Below the pieces are notes generated by a model, which saw only the letters and a program-made list of their open reading frames with translations, was not told the DNA's origin and ran no database searches. A stretch of 64,000 bases of DNA from Anaeromyxobacter sp. (lineage in GTDB: Bacteria; Myxococcota; Myxococcia; Myxococcales; Anaeromyxobacteraceae), in assembly GCA_049840735.1 (NCBI GenBank), contig JASGJN010000010.1:1-64000 (forward strand), in the 5' to 3' direction. Shown one piece after another: positions 15,192-25,458 of this stretch. The position numbers were made by a program, and so were the translations under genes. The number at the start of each line of letters is the position of its first letter. The stretch's first letter is position 1.

Positions 15192-15626
15192 TCAGCTCGG
15201 CCGGCGCCACAGCGGCAGCAGCTCCGACGGCAGCTGCGCGGCCACCTCCTCGGCCTGGTCCTCGTCCAGCTGCGCCCGCAGCGCGGCGAAGACGGCCCGG
15301 GCCGTGGGCTCCACCTCCTCGGCCCGCTCCTCGGGGACGCCCGAATCCTCGGCCACCGCCGCGTAGAACTGCTCTGCGCCTCCGCCCGGCGGCCGCGCCC
15401 CGGCCTGCGCGTGGCGCTCGCAGGCCAGCAGCCGGCCGCGGAAGGGCTCGGGGAGCAGCTCGCGCAGCGGCTCGAACGCCGGGTCGGCCAGCCGCCCCGC
15501 GAGCGCGCAGGCGACCGCCTCGACGGCGCGCACCGCCTCGGTGCGCCGCGGCAGGCCCTCGCGGGCCAGCGCGTCCACCAGCGGACCGAAGTCGGCGCCA
15601 GCGTGGGGGTCCGGAGAGCCAGCCAT
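15192..15626 (-). CDS. DUF2267-like protein
   Basis: Duplicated motif AVRAVEAV..AL..RL / TARAVFAALRAQL...QLPSEL..LW. Confidence 0.7.
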   Translation of the reverse strand: MAGSPDPHAGADFGPLVDALAREGLPRRTEAVRAVEAVACALAGRLADPAFEPLRELLPEPFRGRLLACERHAQAGARPPGGGAEQFYAAVAEDSGVPEERAEEVEPTARAVFAALRAQLDEDQAEEVAAQLPSELLPLWRRPS

Positions 15627-15909
15627 GCGGCGCAAGCTGGGCACGCCATCGCCGGGTGGCAGCACCCGGCCGGCGCCGAGCGCGCCGGAGGCACACATTC
15701 GGGCGGTGGTGGGCTCCGAACGGGCGCCGGCGACTGCGCAGCGAGGCCGGCGGGGCGCCGCCCGCGGCCCCTCTCCTCGCGGTGGGTGAAGGCGAACCCC
15801 CGACGCTGCCTCCGTCGACTGATGCGGCTGCTTCGTCGCGCTGCGGCACAAGCGCGCTATCATGGCGCCCGGCGCGGTCATTCTCCTCTGCGGATGGGGG
15901 TAGGACCCG

Positions 15910-18900
15910 GTGAGCGTCGGGGGTTCACGAGCATCGGAGCTGCCGCAGCGCAGGGGTACTCCCTGGGCGTCGGCCCTGCCGTGGGTGGTCCTGGTGGCCG
16001 CCATCTGCGCGACCTTCGTCATGGTCTGGGCGCTGGATGACGCGGCCCACGTCCGCTCCAGCTCCGCCTTCGAGCGCGCCACCCGCGACGTGGTGGAGGC
16101 GCTCGAGGACCGGATCCAGGACGAGCACGAGCTGCTGCGCGGCGGCGTGGGGCTCTTCGCGGCCAGCGCCGACGTGACCCGCCAGGAGTGGGCGCGCTAC
16201 GTGCGCTCGCTGCACCTGGCCGACTACTACCCGGGCATGATCGGCATGGGGTACGGCGTCTGGGTACCCCAGGGCGCGCTCGCCGCCCACGAGGCCGCGG
16301 TGCGCCGGGAGGGGTTCACCGACTACGCGGTCTGGCCCCCAGGAGCGCGGGAGGGCTACGCCCCGGTCTTCTACGTCGAGCCGTTCGTCGGCCAGCCCCG
16401 TGCGGCCTTCGGCTTCGACATGCTCTCCGAGCCGGTGCGGCGGGAGGCGCTGGAGCGGGCGCGCGACACCGGGACCGGGGCGCTCTCGGCGCGGGTGGTC
16501 CTGATCCAGGAGCAGAACCCGGTGGAGCGGCCCGGGGTGCTGCTCTACGAGCCGGTCTACCGCAACGGCGCCGCGATCGGGTCGGTGGCCCAGCGCAGGG
16601 AGGCGCTGCTGGGCTGGGTCTACGCGCCCATCCGCATCCACGACTTCGTCCACTCCGCGCTGCGCGCCCGGCCGCCGGGGATCGCGTTCGCCATCCACGC
16701 CGCGGACCGCGATGGCCAGCAGGACCTGCTCTACGACAGCCAGGCCGACGGCCCCAGCGCACTCCTCGACGCCCGCCCCGACCACGAGAGCGTCGAGCGG
16801 CTGGAGATGCTGGGCCAGACCTGGACCGTCCACTTCCGCAGCCTGCCCGGGTTCGGGGCCGCGGTGGGGCGGGGCGCCGGGCAGGCGGTGCTGGCGGTGG
16901 GGCTGCTCGGCAGCCTGATCCTCTTCGGGCTCACGCTGCGGCTGGCCCGCTCGCGCGCGCGGGCGGTCGCGCTGGTGGACGCGCTGCGCGAGGGCGAGGA
17001 GCGCTACCGCTCCGCGTTCCACAACAGTCCCGGGGGCGCGCTGCTGGTCGATCCCGAGAGCCAGCGCTTCCTGGCCTTCAACGACCAGGCCTGCCGGCAG
17101 CTGGGGTACTCGCGCGAGGAGTTCGCCGGCCTGACCCTGAACGACGTGGACGCCGCCGAGACGCCCGCCGAGACCAGGGAGCACGTCCGGGCGGCGCTGG
17201 ACGCGGGGCACGCCGAGTTCAGGGTGGTGCAGCGCCACCGCTCGGGGGAGCTGCGCAACGTGGAGGTGATCGCGCACCGCGTGCACCTGGCCAGCCGGCC
17301 GGTGTTCCTCTGCTTCTGGCGCGACGTGACCGATCAGCTCCGTGCCGAGCGGACCCGCCGCCGCGAGGCCCAGGCGCTGGCGGTGCGGGTGCGCCTCATG
17401 AACGCGGCGCTGACCTGCTCGCTGAAGGAGCTGCTGACGCAGACGCTGGACGAGCTGGAGGAGCTGACCGGCAGCCGGATCGGCTTCTACCACTTCGTGG
17501 ACGAGGAGACCGGCGCGCTCTCCATGCAGGCCTGGTCCACCCGCACCACGCGCGACCTCTGCCGGGCCCAGCCAGGCACCGCCCACTACCCGATCACCGA
17601 GGCGGGGGTATGGGCCGAGGCCGTCCGGCTGCGGCGGCCGGTGATCCACCAGGACCTCGCCAGCGTCGCCGGGCGCAAGGGTATGCCGCCGGATCACGCG
17701 GAGGTGGTGCGGGAGCTGGTGGTGCCGGTGGTGCGCGACGGCCGGGTGGTGGCGGCGCTGGGCGTCGGGAACAAGGCCGCGCCCTACGGCGAGGACGACG
17801 TGGCGGTGGTGTCGAGCCTGGCCGACCTGACCTGGGAGGTGGTGGAGCGACGGCGGGTGCTGGATCGCCTCCGCGACAGCGACGCGCGCCTGGCGGCCGC
17901 CTTCGACCGCGCGCCCATGATGATGATGCTGGCGCGCCTCGACGACGGCTGCCTGCTCAGCGTCAACCAGCGGTTCCTGGAGGTCTCCGGGCTCGCGCAG
18001 GGCGAGGCGCTGGGCAGCTCCCTGGCGGACCTGGGCCTGCTCTCGGAGGCGGAGCTCGGGCAGATGTTCCAGGACATCGCGGGGGGCCGGAACCTCGGCG
18101 GGCGCGAGCTGGGGGTCCGGGCCCGGCGCGGCCGGCTGGTGGTGCGGGCGTGGGGCGAGCTGATCGAGGTGGCCGGCGAGCGCTGCGTGCTGGTCATCGC
18201 GCAGGACGTCACCCAGGAGCACCAGCTGCGGACGCAGCTCACCCAGGCGCAGAAGCTGGAGTCGGTGGGGCGGCTGGCCGGCGGCGTGGCCCACGACTTC
18301 AACAACATGCTCTCGGTGATCCTGGGCAACGCCGAGGCGCTGCTCTCGGAGGGCGCGGTGCAGGGCCCGCTCCGCGAGGACCTGGAGGCGATCCAGGACG
18401 CCGCCACGCGCGCCTCGGTGGTCACCCGGCAGCTGCTGGCCTTCGCGCGCAAGCAGGCCATCGAGCCGCGGGTGCTCGATCTGAACGACGTCGTGCCGGG
18501 CGTGCTCAAGATGCTGCGCCGCCTGATCGGCGAGGACATCGATTTGCAGTGGCGGCCCGGGTTCGAGCTGCGCCGCGTGCGGATCGACCCGTCGCAGGTC
18601 GATCAGCTGCTGGCCAACCTGTGCGTGAACAGCCGCGACGCCATCCACGGCGTCGGGCGCGTCACCATCGAGAACCGCCAACGTGGAGCTGGACGCGGCC
18701 GCCTGCGCGCGGCTGGACGGCCTGGCGCCGGGCACCTACGTCAAGCTCGGCGTCCGCGACGACGGCAGCGGCATCCCGGCCGAGGTCCTGCCCCATGTCT
18801 TCGAGCCCTTCTTCACCACCAAGCCGAGCGGGCAGGGGACGGGGCTGGGGCTGGCCACCGTCTACGGCATCGCCACCCAGAACGGCGGCGCGGTCGAGGT

Positions 18901-19375
18901 GGAGAGCTCTCCGGGGGCCGGCAGCGCCTTCTCGCTCTACTTCCCGGCGGTGGCGGAGCCGGCCAGCGTCGACCCGCCGGCGCGCGCGGCGCTCTCCGCC
19001 GGGAGCGGGGAGACCATCCTGCTGGTGGAGGACGAGCCGGCCGTGCTCCGGGTGACCTCCACGCTGCTGCGGAACCTTGGCTACACGGTGGTCACCGCCG
19101 GCACCCCGGAGGACGCGCGGGCCGCGGCCCGGCAGGTGGCGGGGCAGCTCCGCCTGCTGGTGACCGACGTGGTCATGCCCGGCATGAACGGCCGCGACCT
19201 GGCCGACCTGCTCACGGCCGAGCACCCCGGGCTGCGCTGCCTGTTCATGTCCGGCTACACCGGCGACACCGTCAGCCGCCGTGGCGTGAGCGCCGAGAGC
19301 GACCTCTTCCTGCAGAAGCCGTTCACCGCCGAGGCGCTGGCGGGGAAGGTGCGCGAGGCGCTGGCGCGGGCGTAG
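15910..19375 (+). CDS. Hybrid sensor kinase CHASE-PAS-GAF-PAS-HisKA-HATPase-REC; +1 frameshift at about 18673
   Basis: CHASE motif AFGFDMLSEPVRREALERARDTG, QAQKLESVGRLAGGVAHDFNN, FEPFFTTK..GQGTGLGL, receiver LLVEDE...TDVVMPGMNG...KPF. Confidence 0.93.
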
Positions 19376-19432
19376 CCCGAGCTGTCGGGCTCACGGATAC
19401 CAGCCACGGCGGGAGGTGCCTCATGGAGACGA

Positions 19433-20185
19433 TCAGCACGCCGTCATGATCTCGCACCCGTCGCGGGTGACGACGACGGTGTGCTCCCACTGCGCCGAGA
19501 GGCTCCCGTCGGCGGTGACGATGGTCCAGCCGTCGTCGAGCACGCGCACGGCGGGGCCGCCCAGGTTGACCATCGGCTCCACCGTGAGGGCCATCCCGGC
19601 CCTGAGCCGCGGCCCGGTCCCGCGCCGGCCGGTGTGCGCCACGTGAGGCTCGGCGTGCATCTGCCGGCCGATGCCGTGGCCACCGACCTCGGTCACGACC
19701 GCGACCGCTTCCTGGCGGGCCAGGGCCTCGATGGCGGCGCCGATGTCGCCGAGGTGGGCGCCCTCGCGGATGACCGCGAGGCCGGCGTCGCGGCAGCGGC
19801 GGGCCACCTCCACCAGGCGCCTCGCCGCGGGGGTGACCTCGCCGATCAGGAACGTGGCGCTGGTGTCGCCGTGGTAGCCGTCCGCCTCGGTGGTCACATC
19901 GACGTTGAGGATGTCGCCGGGCTGGAGGCGCTCGTCGCGGCTCGGGATGCCGTGGCACACCACCTCGTTCCGGCTGGTGCACACCGCGGCGGGGAAGCCG
20001 TGGTAGCCGAGCTGGCTGGGGCGGCCGCCGCGGCGCGCGGTGTCCTCGCGGACGAGCCGGTCGATGTCGGCGGTGGAGAGGCCGGGGCGCAGCTGGGCGC
20101 CGACGAAGGCCAGCGTCTCTGCGGCTACGCGGCCAGCGTTCCGCATGCGCTCGACCTGGGCTGGGCTGAGGATCTCGATGGCCAT
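19433..20185 (-). CDS. map: Type I methionine aminopeptidase
   Basis: NEVVCHGIP, NVDVT, GDTS, GHGIG, TVEPMVN, SAQWEHT metal ligands. Confidence 0.96.
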   Translation of the reverse strand: MAIEILSPAQVERMRNAGRVAAETLAFVGAQLRPGLSTADIDRLVREDTARRGGRPSQLGYHGFPAAVCTSRNEVVCHGIPSRDERLQPGDILNVDVTTEADGYHGDTSATFLIGEVTPAARRLVEVARRCRDAGLAVIREGAHLGDIGAAIEALARQEAVAVVTEVGGHGIGRQMHAEPHVAHTGRRGTGPRLRAGMALTVEPMVNLGGPAVRVLDDGWTIVTADGSLSAQWEHTVVVTRDGCEIMTAC

Positions 20186-20282
20186 GCGCTCCAGGTTGCC
20201 GCGATCGGCCGCCGCGGATCCAATACCGTTTCGGTTTCGCCCACCCACCCGCGGCAGCTTGATCCAGCGCGCGCCCACCGGC

Positions 20283-20606
20283 ATGATCCCGGCCGTGAGC
20301 CTCTCCCAGATCCGCTACTTCGTCGCCGTGGCCGAGGAGGGCCATGTGGGCCGCGCAGCCCAGCGCCTCCACCTGGCGCAGCCGCCGCTCAGCCGCCAGA
20401 TCCGCGCGCTGGAGGACGAGCTCGGCGCGCAGCTGTTCGAGCGCACCTCGCGCGGCATGACGCTGCTGCCGCGCGGGCGCGTGTTCCTCGACCACGCCCG
20501 GTCCATCCTGGCGGCGGTCGACCATGCGGTCGTGGCGACGCGCGCGGCGCTGGAGTCCCCCGAGGCGTGGTGCCCGAACCCGGGCAGGCGGAAGGCGGAG
20601 GGCTGA
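20283..20606 (+). CDS. Short LysR-type regulator (HTH and linker only)
   Basis: IRYFVAVAEEGHVGRAAQRLHLAQPPLSRQIRALEDELG.QLFERT; 107 aa, no effector-binding domain. Confidence 0.85.
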   Translation: MIPAVSLSQIRYFVAVAEEGHVGRAAQRLHLAQPPLSRQIRALEDELGAQLFERTSRGMTLLPRGRVFLDHARSILAAVDHAVVATRAALESPEAWCPNPGRRKAEG

Positions 20607-20828
20607 GCTTCGAGTCGAGTCGCGGGACCAGGGCGCCGCGCCTCCGCGACCGGCCAAAGGACGACGGGCCCCCCGCTGTGGCTGCCCGGGGCTTCGAACG
20701 AGAGGTCGAGCTGTTCCGCCAGCATGGCGGCGGCCTCCCTCAGGGCTTCCTCTGCCTCTCCGTGAGCATGTCGGTCTGCACGCGCTGCGGTTCCCCGCCG
20801 TCCGCCACCCTGGGATGATGGGCAGGTG

Positions 20829-21857
20829 ATGAACCCCATCGAACTCCTCCAGGACGCCGCGCGGTCGTGTGCGCGGTGCCAAGGCGATGCGCTACTCCAC
20901 TCCGAACCGGAGAACCGCGCGTATCCCGTCTTCCAGCAGAGCCCTCCGTGGCCCGTGCGCGTGGTCGTGGTGGGGGAGGCGCCGAACTTCGACGACACCT
21001 TCGATCCGGCGAAGCGGCGGTTGACACTGGAGCCTGGCACGGACCCGACCGGCGCGTTCATGTTCGACCTGCTCGCCTCCGTCGGCCTCCGGCCGGAGCA
21101 GGTCGTGTTCACGAACTCCGTCTTGTGCCTTCCGGCTCGTAACGCGGAGGGAAAGCACCCCGTCTCCGCGAGGCAACAGGGCCTCTGCTCGGATTGGCTC
21201 GCCGGGTTCATCGACGCGGCGAACCCGGTCGTCGTCGTGACCTTCGGTGCCGTCGCGCTCCAGGGCGTCGGCCGGCTCGAGCGGCACGGACTGTCGCTCG
21301 GAAAGGGTGCCGGGAAGCTCCACCCGTGGCGCGGCCGGCTCCTGCTGCCGCTCTACCACCCCGGCCGTCTCGGGCGGGTCACGAGGCGCGCGGAGCAGCA
21401 GATGATCGACATCTCCGTCCTGCGCGACGCATTGACCCCGGCGGCCGCGCCCGATGCTGGTCTCGTGCTGGACGCCGCCACGGCGAGGGCGGTGATGCAG
21501 GATCATCCCGACGGCGCGCGGCTGGTCTTGCGGTCGAAGGACGGCCACGTCCACCGTGACCTCGCCTGCGCCATCGGCCTGTCCTGGTCCCGCACGCCCG
21601 TGTTCGCGTACCTGGAGTCAGGCGATGGCCCGCCCTTCCAGAGCGAGACGAGGTTCTACGTCGAGCGTATCGCCCGGCGGGACGGGCTATGGGTCATCGA
21701 GTGCCGGCACCAGCGCGGCATCCACGAGGTGGAGGTCCACCCGCTCTCCGAGGCGGAGAGCGCGAGCATCCAGGAGTGGCTTGGGTCGCTGCCCGGTGAG
21801 GCCGTTCAAGACCTGGACGCGACGATGCGGCACATGCTCGACCCGCGGGCGCTCTAG
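20829..21857 (+). CDS. Uracil-DNA glycosylase superfamily protein (family 4/5-like) with an extra C-terminal domain
   Basis: CARC, VVGEAP, FTNSVLC.P, later C, LYHP motif; about 130 extra unrecognised residues. Confidence 0.82.
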   Translation: MNPIELLQDAARSCARCQGDALLHSEPENRAYPVFQQSPPWPVRVVVVGEAPNFDDTFDPAKRRLTLEPGTDPTGAFMFDLLASVGLRPEQVVFTNSVLCLPARNAEGKHPVSARQQGLCSDWLAGFIDAANPVVVVTFGAVALQGVGRLERHGLSLGKGAGKLHPWRGRLLLPLYHPGRLGRVTRRAEQQMIDISVLRDALTPAAAPDAGLVLDAATARAVMQDHPDGARLVLRSKDGHVHRDLACAIGLSWSRTPVFAYLESGDGPPFQSETRFYVERIARRDGLWVIECRHQRGIHEVEVHPLSEAESASIQEWLGSLPGEAVQDLDATMRHMLDPRAL

Positions 21858-21897
21858 ACGGCTCCGTCCGTTCACGACGAGCCGGAGGTGCGAGCGG

Positions 21898-22359
21898 TCA
21901 AGGGAGGCAGGGGAATGGTCGCCCACTCGGAGTAGAACCGCTTGGTCGTCGCGGGCGAGAGGTGCCCGAGCCAGGGTAAACGCAGATTCCAGGGGCACGC
22001 CGTCGGACAGGAGCCAGGTCGTCACCGTGTGACGCATCGACCCGGTGACCACGGCCGCATGCCAGCGTCCTTCGCCGCCTGCCGCACCGCCTTGGCGTAG
22101 CGCGAGATGGAGAAGCTCCCTCGCGCCTGGACTCGCCGCGCGACACGAGGCCACGCTCTCGGCACCAGGTGTAGAGGTGCTTGATGACCGCCTTGCGGTG
22201 AGTCCTCGCCTTCATACCGTCGAGCGCGTCCTGGAGGTGCCGGAGCGTGACCGTCCGCAGGTGCCGGCCGTCGAGCACGTCCCGCAACCACTCCAGGTAG
22301 GCCCTCTCCTTGCGGCGCCACTCGGCCGCGAGAGGGGAGTCCTCCTCGGCCCACGGCAT
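21898..22359 (-). pseudogene. Degraded tyrosine recombinase (integrase)
   Basis: Across shifting frames: core-binding-like segment (LRTVTLRHLQDAL...KHLYTWCRERGLV), then RHTVTTWLLSDGVP and LGHLSPATTKRFY (box II and catalytic Tyr). Confidence 0.8.
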
Positions 22360-22506
22360 CGACTCGCTCCGCTCGCCAGCCATTCCCCAGGCCGGCGAGG
22401 CGAGGATGGCTCAAGGACGGAGTAGCACGCGGCCGGACGCCTTCCGGCCCGGCCCATCCATTCGCGCAGGGGAAAGGCTGGGGAACGGCGGACCACGCGC
22501 CGACCG

Positions 22507-22544
22507 CAAAAGAGAAGGGGCCTCGCATCTCCGCGAGGCCCCTT
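22507..22544 (-). terminator. Intrinsic terminator next to the displaced tRNA 3' end
   Basis: AAGGGGCCTCGC...GCGAGGCCCCTT hairpin followed on the minus strand by CTCTTTTG. Confidence 0.75.
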
Positions 22545-22550
22545 CGGATT

Positions 22551-22563
22551 TGGCTCCCCAGGC
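22551..22563 (-). repeat. att-like direct repeat of the tRNA-Asn 3' end
   Basis: TGGCTCCCCAGGC identical to 25459-25471. Confidence 0.8.
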
Positions 22564-22595
22564 CGGACAGGTCACGAACCGGCAAGCTTCTCCCG

Positions 22596-22946
22596 ATGCG
22601 GGTGGTGGTGCCGTGGGACCGGGTCGCGCTCGGCCTGGAGCTGCCGGTGTTGCCGGGGAGGCCGCTGCCGAACCCCGTGGTGCGCGCCAGGGAGCTCAAG
22701 GGGGCCCTGGAGAAGCACGGGACCGCTGCCGAGGTGGCCCGGGCCTTTGGCATCACCAGGGCGAGCGTCTGCCAGTACCTGACGATCCTGCGGCGGCTGC
22801 CGCCAGAGCTGTTGGCGCAGGTGGAGCGAGAGAAGGGGCAGGCGAAGCAGAAGACCATGTCCCTCCGGCATCTCCTCGATCTGGAGGCGACTGGCCGAGC
22901 CGAAGGACGGGTAGACCGGCGTCCATCCAGGGCCCGCACCCGCTGA
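22596..22946 (+). CDS. HTH DNA-binding protein (island)
   Basis: TAAEVARAFGITRASVCQYLTIL helix-turn-helix. Confidence 0.6.
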   Translation: MRVVVPWDRVALGLELPVLPGRPLPNPVVRARELKGALEKHGTAAEVARAFGITRASVCQYLTILRRLPPELLAQVEREKGQAKQKTMSLRHLLDLEATGRAEGRVDRRPSRARTR

Positions 22947-22976
22947 TTCGCCGTTGCCGTCGAGGACCTTCGGGGC

Positions 22977-23465
22977 ATGATGCGGAGGATGCGCGTCGAG
23001 CTCTCGCTGTTCGCGGACTACTCGCAGTTCTACCTCCAGGATGAGGCCGCTGACGGCAACCTCGGCGATTCGTGGGACGATGACGCCACCGCGCGCAACC
23101 TGGCCATCGCGCCCGGCACGGTGGGAGTCGGGACCTTCAGGAACGTGGACGTTCCGGTGGCAGTTGAGGTCCTGAGTGCCGCGCCGCCGCCGGACTATGC
23201 AGCATTCGACCTCGTCACCGAGGCGTGCATGGACGTCCCCTCCGGCCGAATCGTTGTGGCGGGCTGCACGGACTACTTCCCCGAGGCCCGGCGGATCGAG
23301 GTCCCGCCCGGCCGCTACAGGGTGCGGGTCTACTCAAGCGGCTACGCAACCATCAGCGGAGACGGGCTGGAGGGCCAAGACCACTACCTCGTCCGCTTGT
23401 GGCGCGACGACGTGGTGGTGCGCCCCACGGTGCTCCATGACGTGCGCCCGGCGCCCGTGAAGTAG
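22977..23465 (+). CDS. Hypothetical protein (island cargo)
   Basis: Protein-like acidic 162-aa ORF (FADYSQFYLQDE...PPGRYRVRV...DHYLVRLW). Confidence 0.8.
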   Translation: MMRRMRVELSLFADYSQFYLQDEAADGNLGDSWDDDATARNLAIAPGTVGVGTFRNVDVPVAVEVLSAAPPPDYAAFDLVTEACMDVPSGRIVVAGCTDYFPEARRIEVPPGRYRVRVYSSGYATISGDGLEGQDHYLVRLWRDDVVVRPTVLHDVRPAPVK

Positions 23466-23567
23466 AAGACCGTTGTCGCCGTCCTTCGGCGGCCAAGATG
23501 TCGCGGCCATGGGGATAAGGGGTTTGAGCGCGGATCGCGCTCGCCCACCCGACCCATGGAGTCCAGC

Positions 23568-23780
23568 ATGGCCGCGACGAAGCGTGCAGCCGTCTACCTG
23601 CGCGTCAGCACCGACCGCCAGACCGTTCAGAACCAGCTCGCCGACTTCGAACGCCTCGTGCAGGCGCGCGGCTTCGAGGCGGCCATCTACGAGGAGGTGG
23701 AGAGCGCCGCCAAGGTGAGGCCCGTCCTCGAACGTCTTCTCGCCGATGCCCGCGCCGGACGGGTCCACGCCGTGGCATCG
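23568..23780 (+). pseudogene. Truncated serine recombinase (resolvase N-terminal fragment)
   Basis: AAVYLRVSTDRQ...NQL...ESAAKVRPVLERLL; similarity ends before the DRLxR motif. Confidence 0.85.
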
Positions 23781-24056
23781 AGCGCACGAAGGCGGGGATG
23801 CAGAGGGCTAAACGAGGAGGATCGGGCGCCCCCGGACCTCGCCGGTACTGCTCCACGCCGCCGCCGACCTTGTTCAGCGCGGCGTCCCGGTGGCCAAGGC
23901 GGCGAGGGCCAAGGGCGTCACCCGCGCCAGCCTTCGCCGGTGGCTGGCCGAAAGGGCGGCCACGCGGGGCGGAGGAAACGTCCCGGAGGTCGAGCCCGAG
24001 CAGGTCGCCGGGCGGCCTGGCCGGTAACGTCCGGTTTCGGCCACTACCCCGCAGGT

Positions 24057-24479
24057 TCACCGGGAGCTCGGGAACTCCAGCATCCGGAGCTGCTCGAAGT
24101 CGAAGGAATCGCCGCCCAGCATGTCCGGCGAAGCCTGGAGCCGGTCCTTCTCAGGGAAGGACTGCTCGCCCTCCCAGCACGCAAAGAGCTGCACCGGCCC
24201 CAGGGCGGTCGCGCGGGCGACATACTCGCGGAGTGCGGCCACGGATGCGCGGCGCACCGTTTCGTCGTCGGGCTCCTGGAGGCCCTCGGGCATCTGGTTG
24301 TACGAGAACCCACAGCCGCAGCCCTCGTGCGAGCCCGCGTAGTAGACGTTCGGCCACGCGAAGTGGGCACGCACGGGGTCTCCCGCCTCCGCCTCATGGA
24401 CGTAGAACGCAGGCTGCTCCTCGTGCCAGGCGATGAGCGGGAGCGTGGCCGGCGACGCGATGTAGATGGCCATGCACAT
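24057..24479 (-). CDS. Hypothetical protein with Cys/His motif (island cargo)
   Basis: 140-aa ORF MCMAIYIAS...YYAGSHEGCGCGF...FACWEG; TAGAAT upstream. Confidence 0.75.
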   Translation of the reverse strand: MCMAIYIASPATLPLIAWHEEQPAFYVHEAEAGDPVRAHFAWPNVYYAGSHEGCGCGFSYNQMPEGLQEPDDETVRRASVAALREYVARATALGPVQLFACWEGEQSFPEKDRLQASPDMLGGDSFDFEQLRMLEFPSSR

Positions 24480-24819
24480 GGCTGGCTCTGATTCTAGCGT
24501 GAGTGGGCGAAGCGTGAAGCGGGTGAAGACGGGGCACCCGTCGGCGCGGACCGGGTGCCCCGCTCCAACTACCGCCCCGGCCGCCGCCGCTTGCCCTGGG
24601 ACACGATCACCTCGACCACGGCGAGCGCGATCTCCAAGAGGAGCGGCAGCGGCCTTCGACGCCACGAACGCATGACGACCTCCCGCTCCCGCAGGCGCCT
24701 GCGGAACATGGGGAAGAGCGGGAGGGCGGAGCTGAAGATCGCGAAGGTCACGCCGCAGCGGCGCGCTTGGGTTGGCAGGTGCGCGCCGCGCGTCGCCGCC
24801 TGCCCGGTCCCGGCGAGAC

Positions 24820-25330
24820 GCCGGCCCGGGCGGCGAGGTCGGTGCCAAGGTGGCGGAGGCGGGCGAAGACCCACGAGAGCGAGGTCCGGTTGGCCACGGC
24901 GATTCCTCGGCGAGGGTGTTGCCGGCGAAGCGCGCCTCCAGGAGCTTCCGGTCGGCAGGTGGCAAGGTGCTGACCCAGTCGTGCAGGTCCACCGCCGAGG
25001 CGAGCGTGTCGCAGGGGTCCGCCGAGGAGGCGGCGAGCCAGGCCGTCTGGAGCTCGGCGTCGCCCTCGCCGGTGAAGTCGCCGTCCTCGTCGAGGAGACC
25101 GTCGAGGCGGCGGACGACGACCTTGTTGTCGATGAAGTTGGCGATGTGCATCACGTCTCGGCGAGGCTGGCCACCGCTCCGCCTTCCGGGACGCCATCGC
25201 CCAGACCTGGCCGACCGCCTCGGCCATGCGGTCGTCCTGCTCGACGGGTGTGAGGTGGCGGTCACCGCCTCCCGCGCGGGCGACGACCCGCGCGGCGCGC
25301 AGAAGATCACGGCCGCATGGGGCCTGTCGA
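24820..25330 (-). pseudogene. Fragmented sigma-region-4-like/HTH gene remnant
   Basis: DWVSTLPPADRKLLEARFAGNTLAE then, in another frame, IAVANRTSLSWVFARLRHL; boundaries approximate. Confidence 0.5.
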
Positions 25331-25419
25331 TCCTCGGCGCGCAAGCGATGGGAATCGTGGGCGTTCCAAGCCGATTCGGTGCTCTAGGCGGGTTCATCCA
25401 CCGCCTCGCCCCCCATAAG

Positions 25420-25453
25420 ACGACGGGCCCCTCGCTTTCGCGAGGGGCCCGTC
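25420..25453 (-). terminator. Hairpin directly downstream of tRNA-Asn
   Basis: GACGGGCCCCTCGC-TTTC-GCGAGGGGCCCGTC perfect stem, weak U-tract. Confidence 0.65.
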
Positions 25454-25458
25454 AGGAA

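Noticed and set aside
22379..22395. Extra 12-bp matches to the att region and to the tRNA-Asn 5' flank
   Set aside because: Short and GC-rich; cannot be separated from chance by eye.
22977..24479. Integron gene cassettes
   Set aside because: No paired attC core sites found and no IntI-type integrase; the ORFs face opposite ways.
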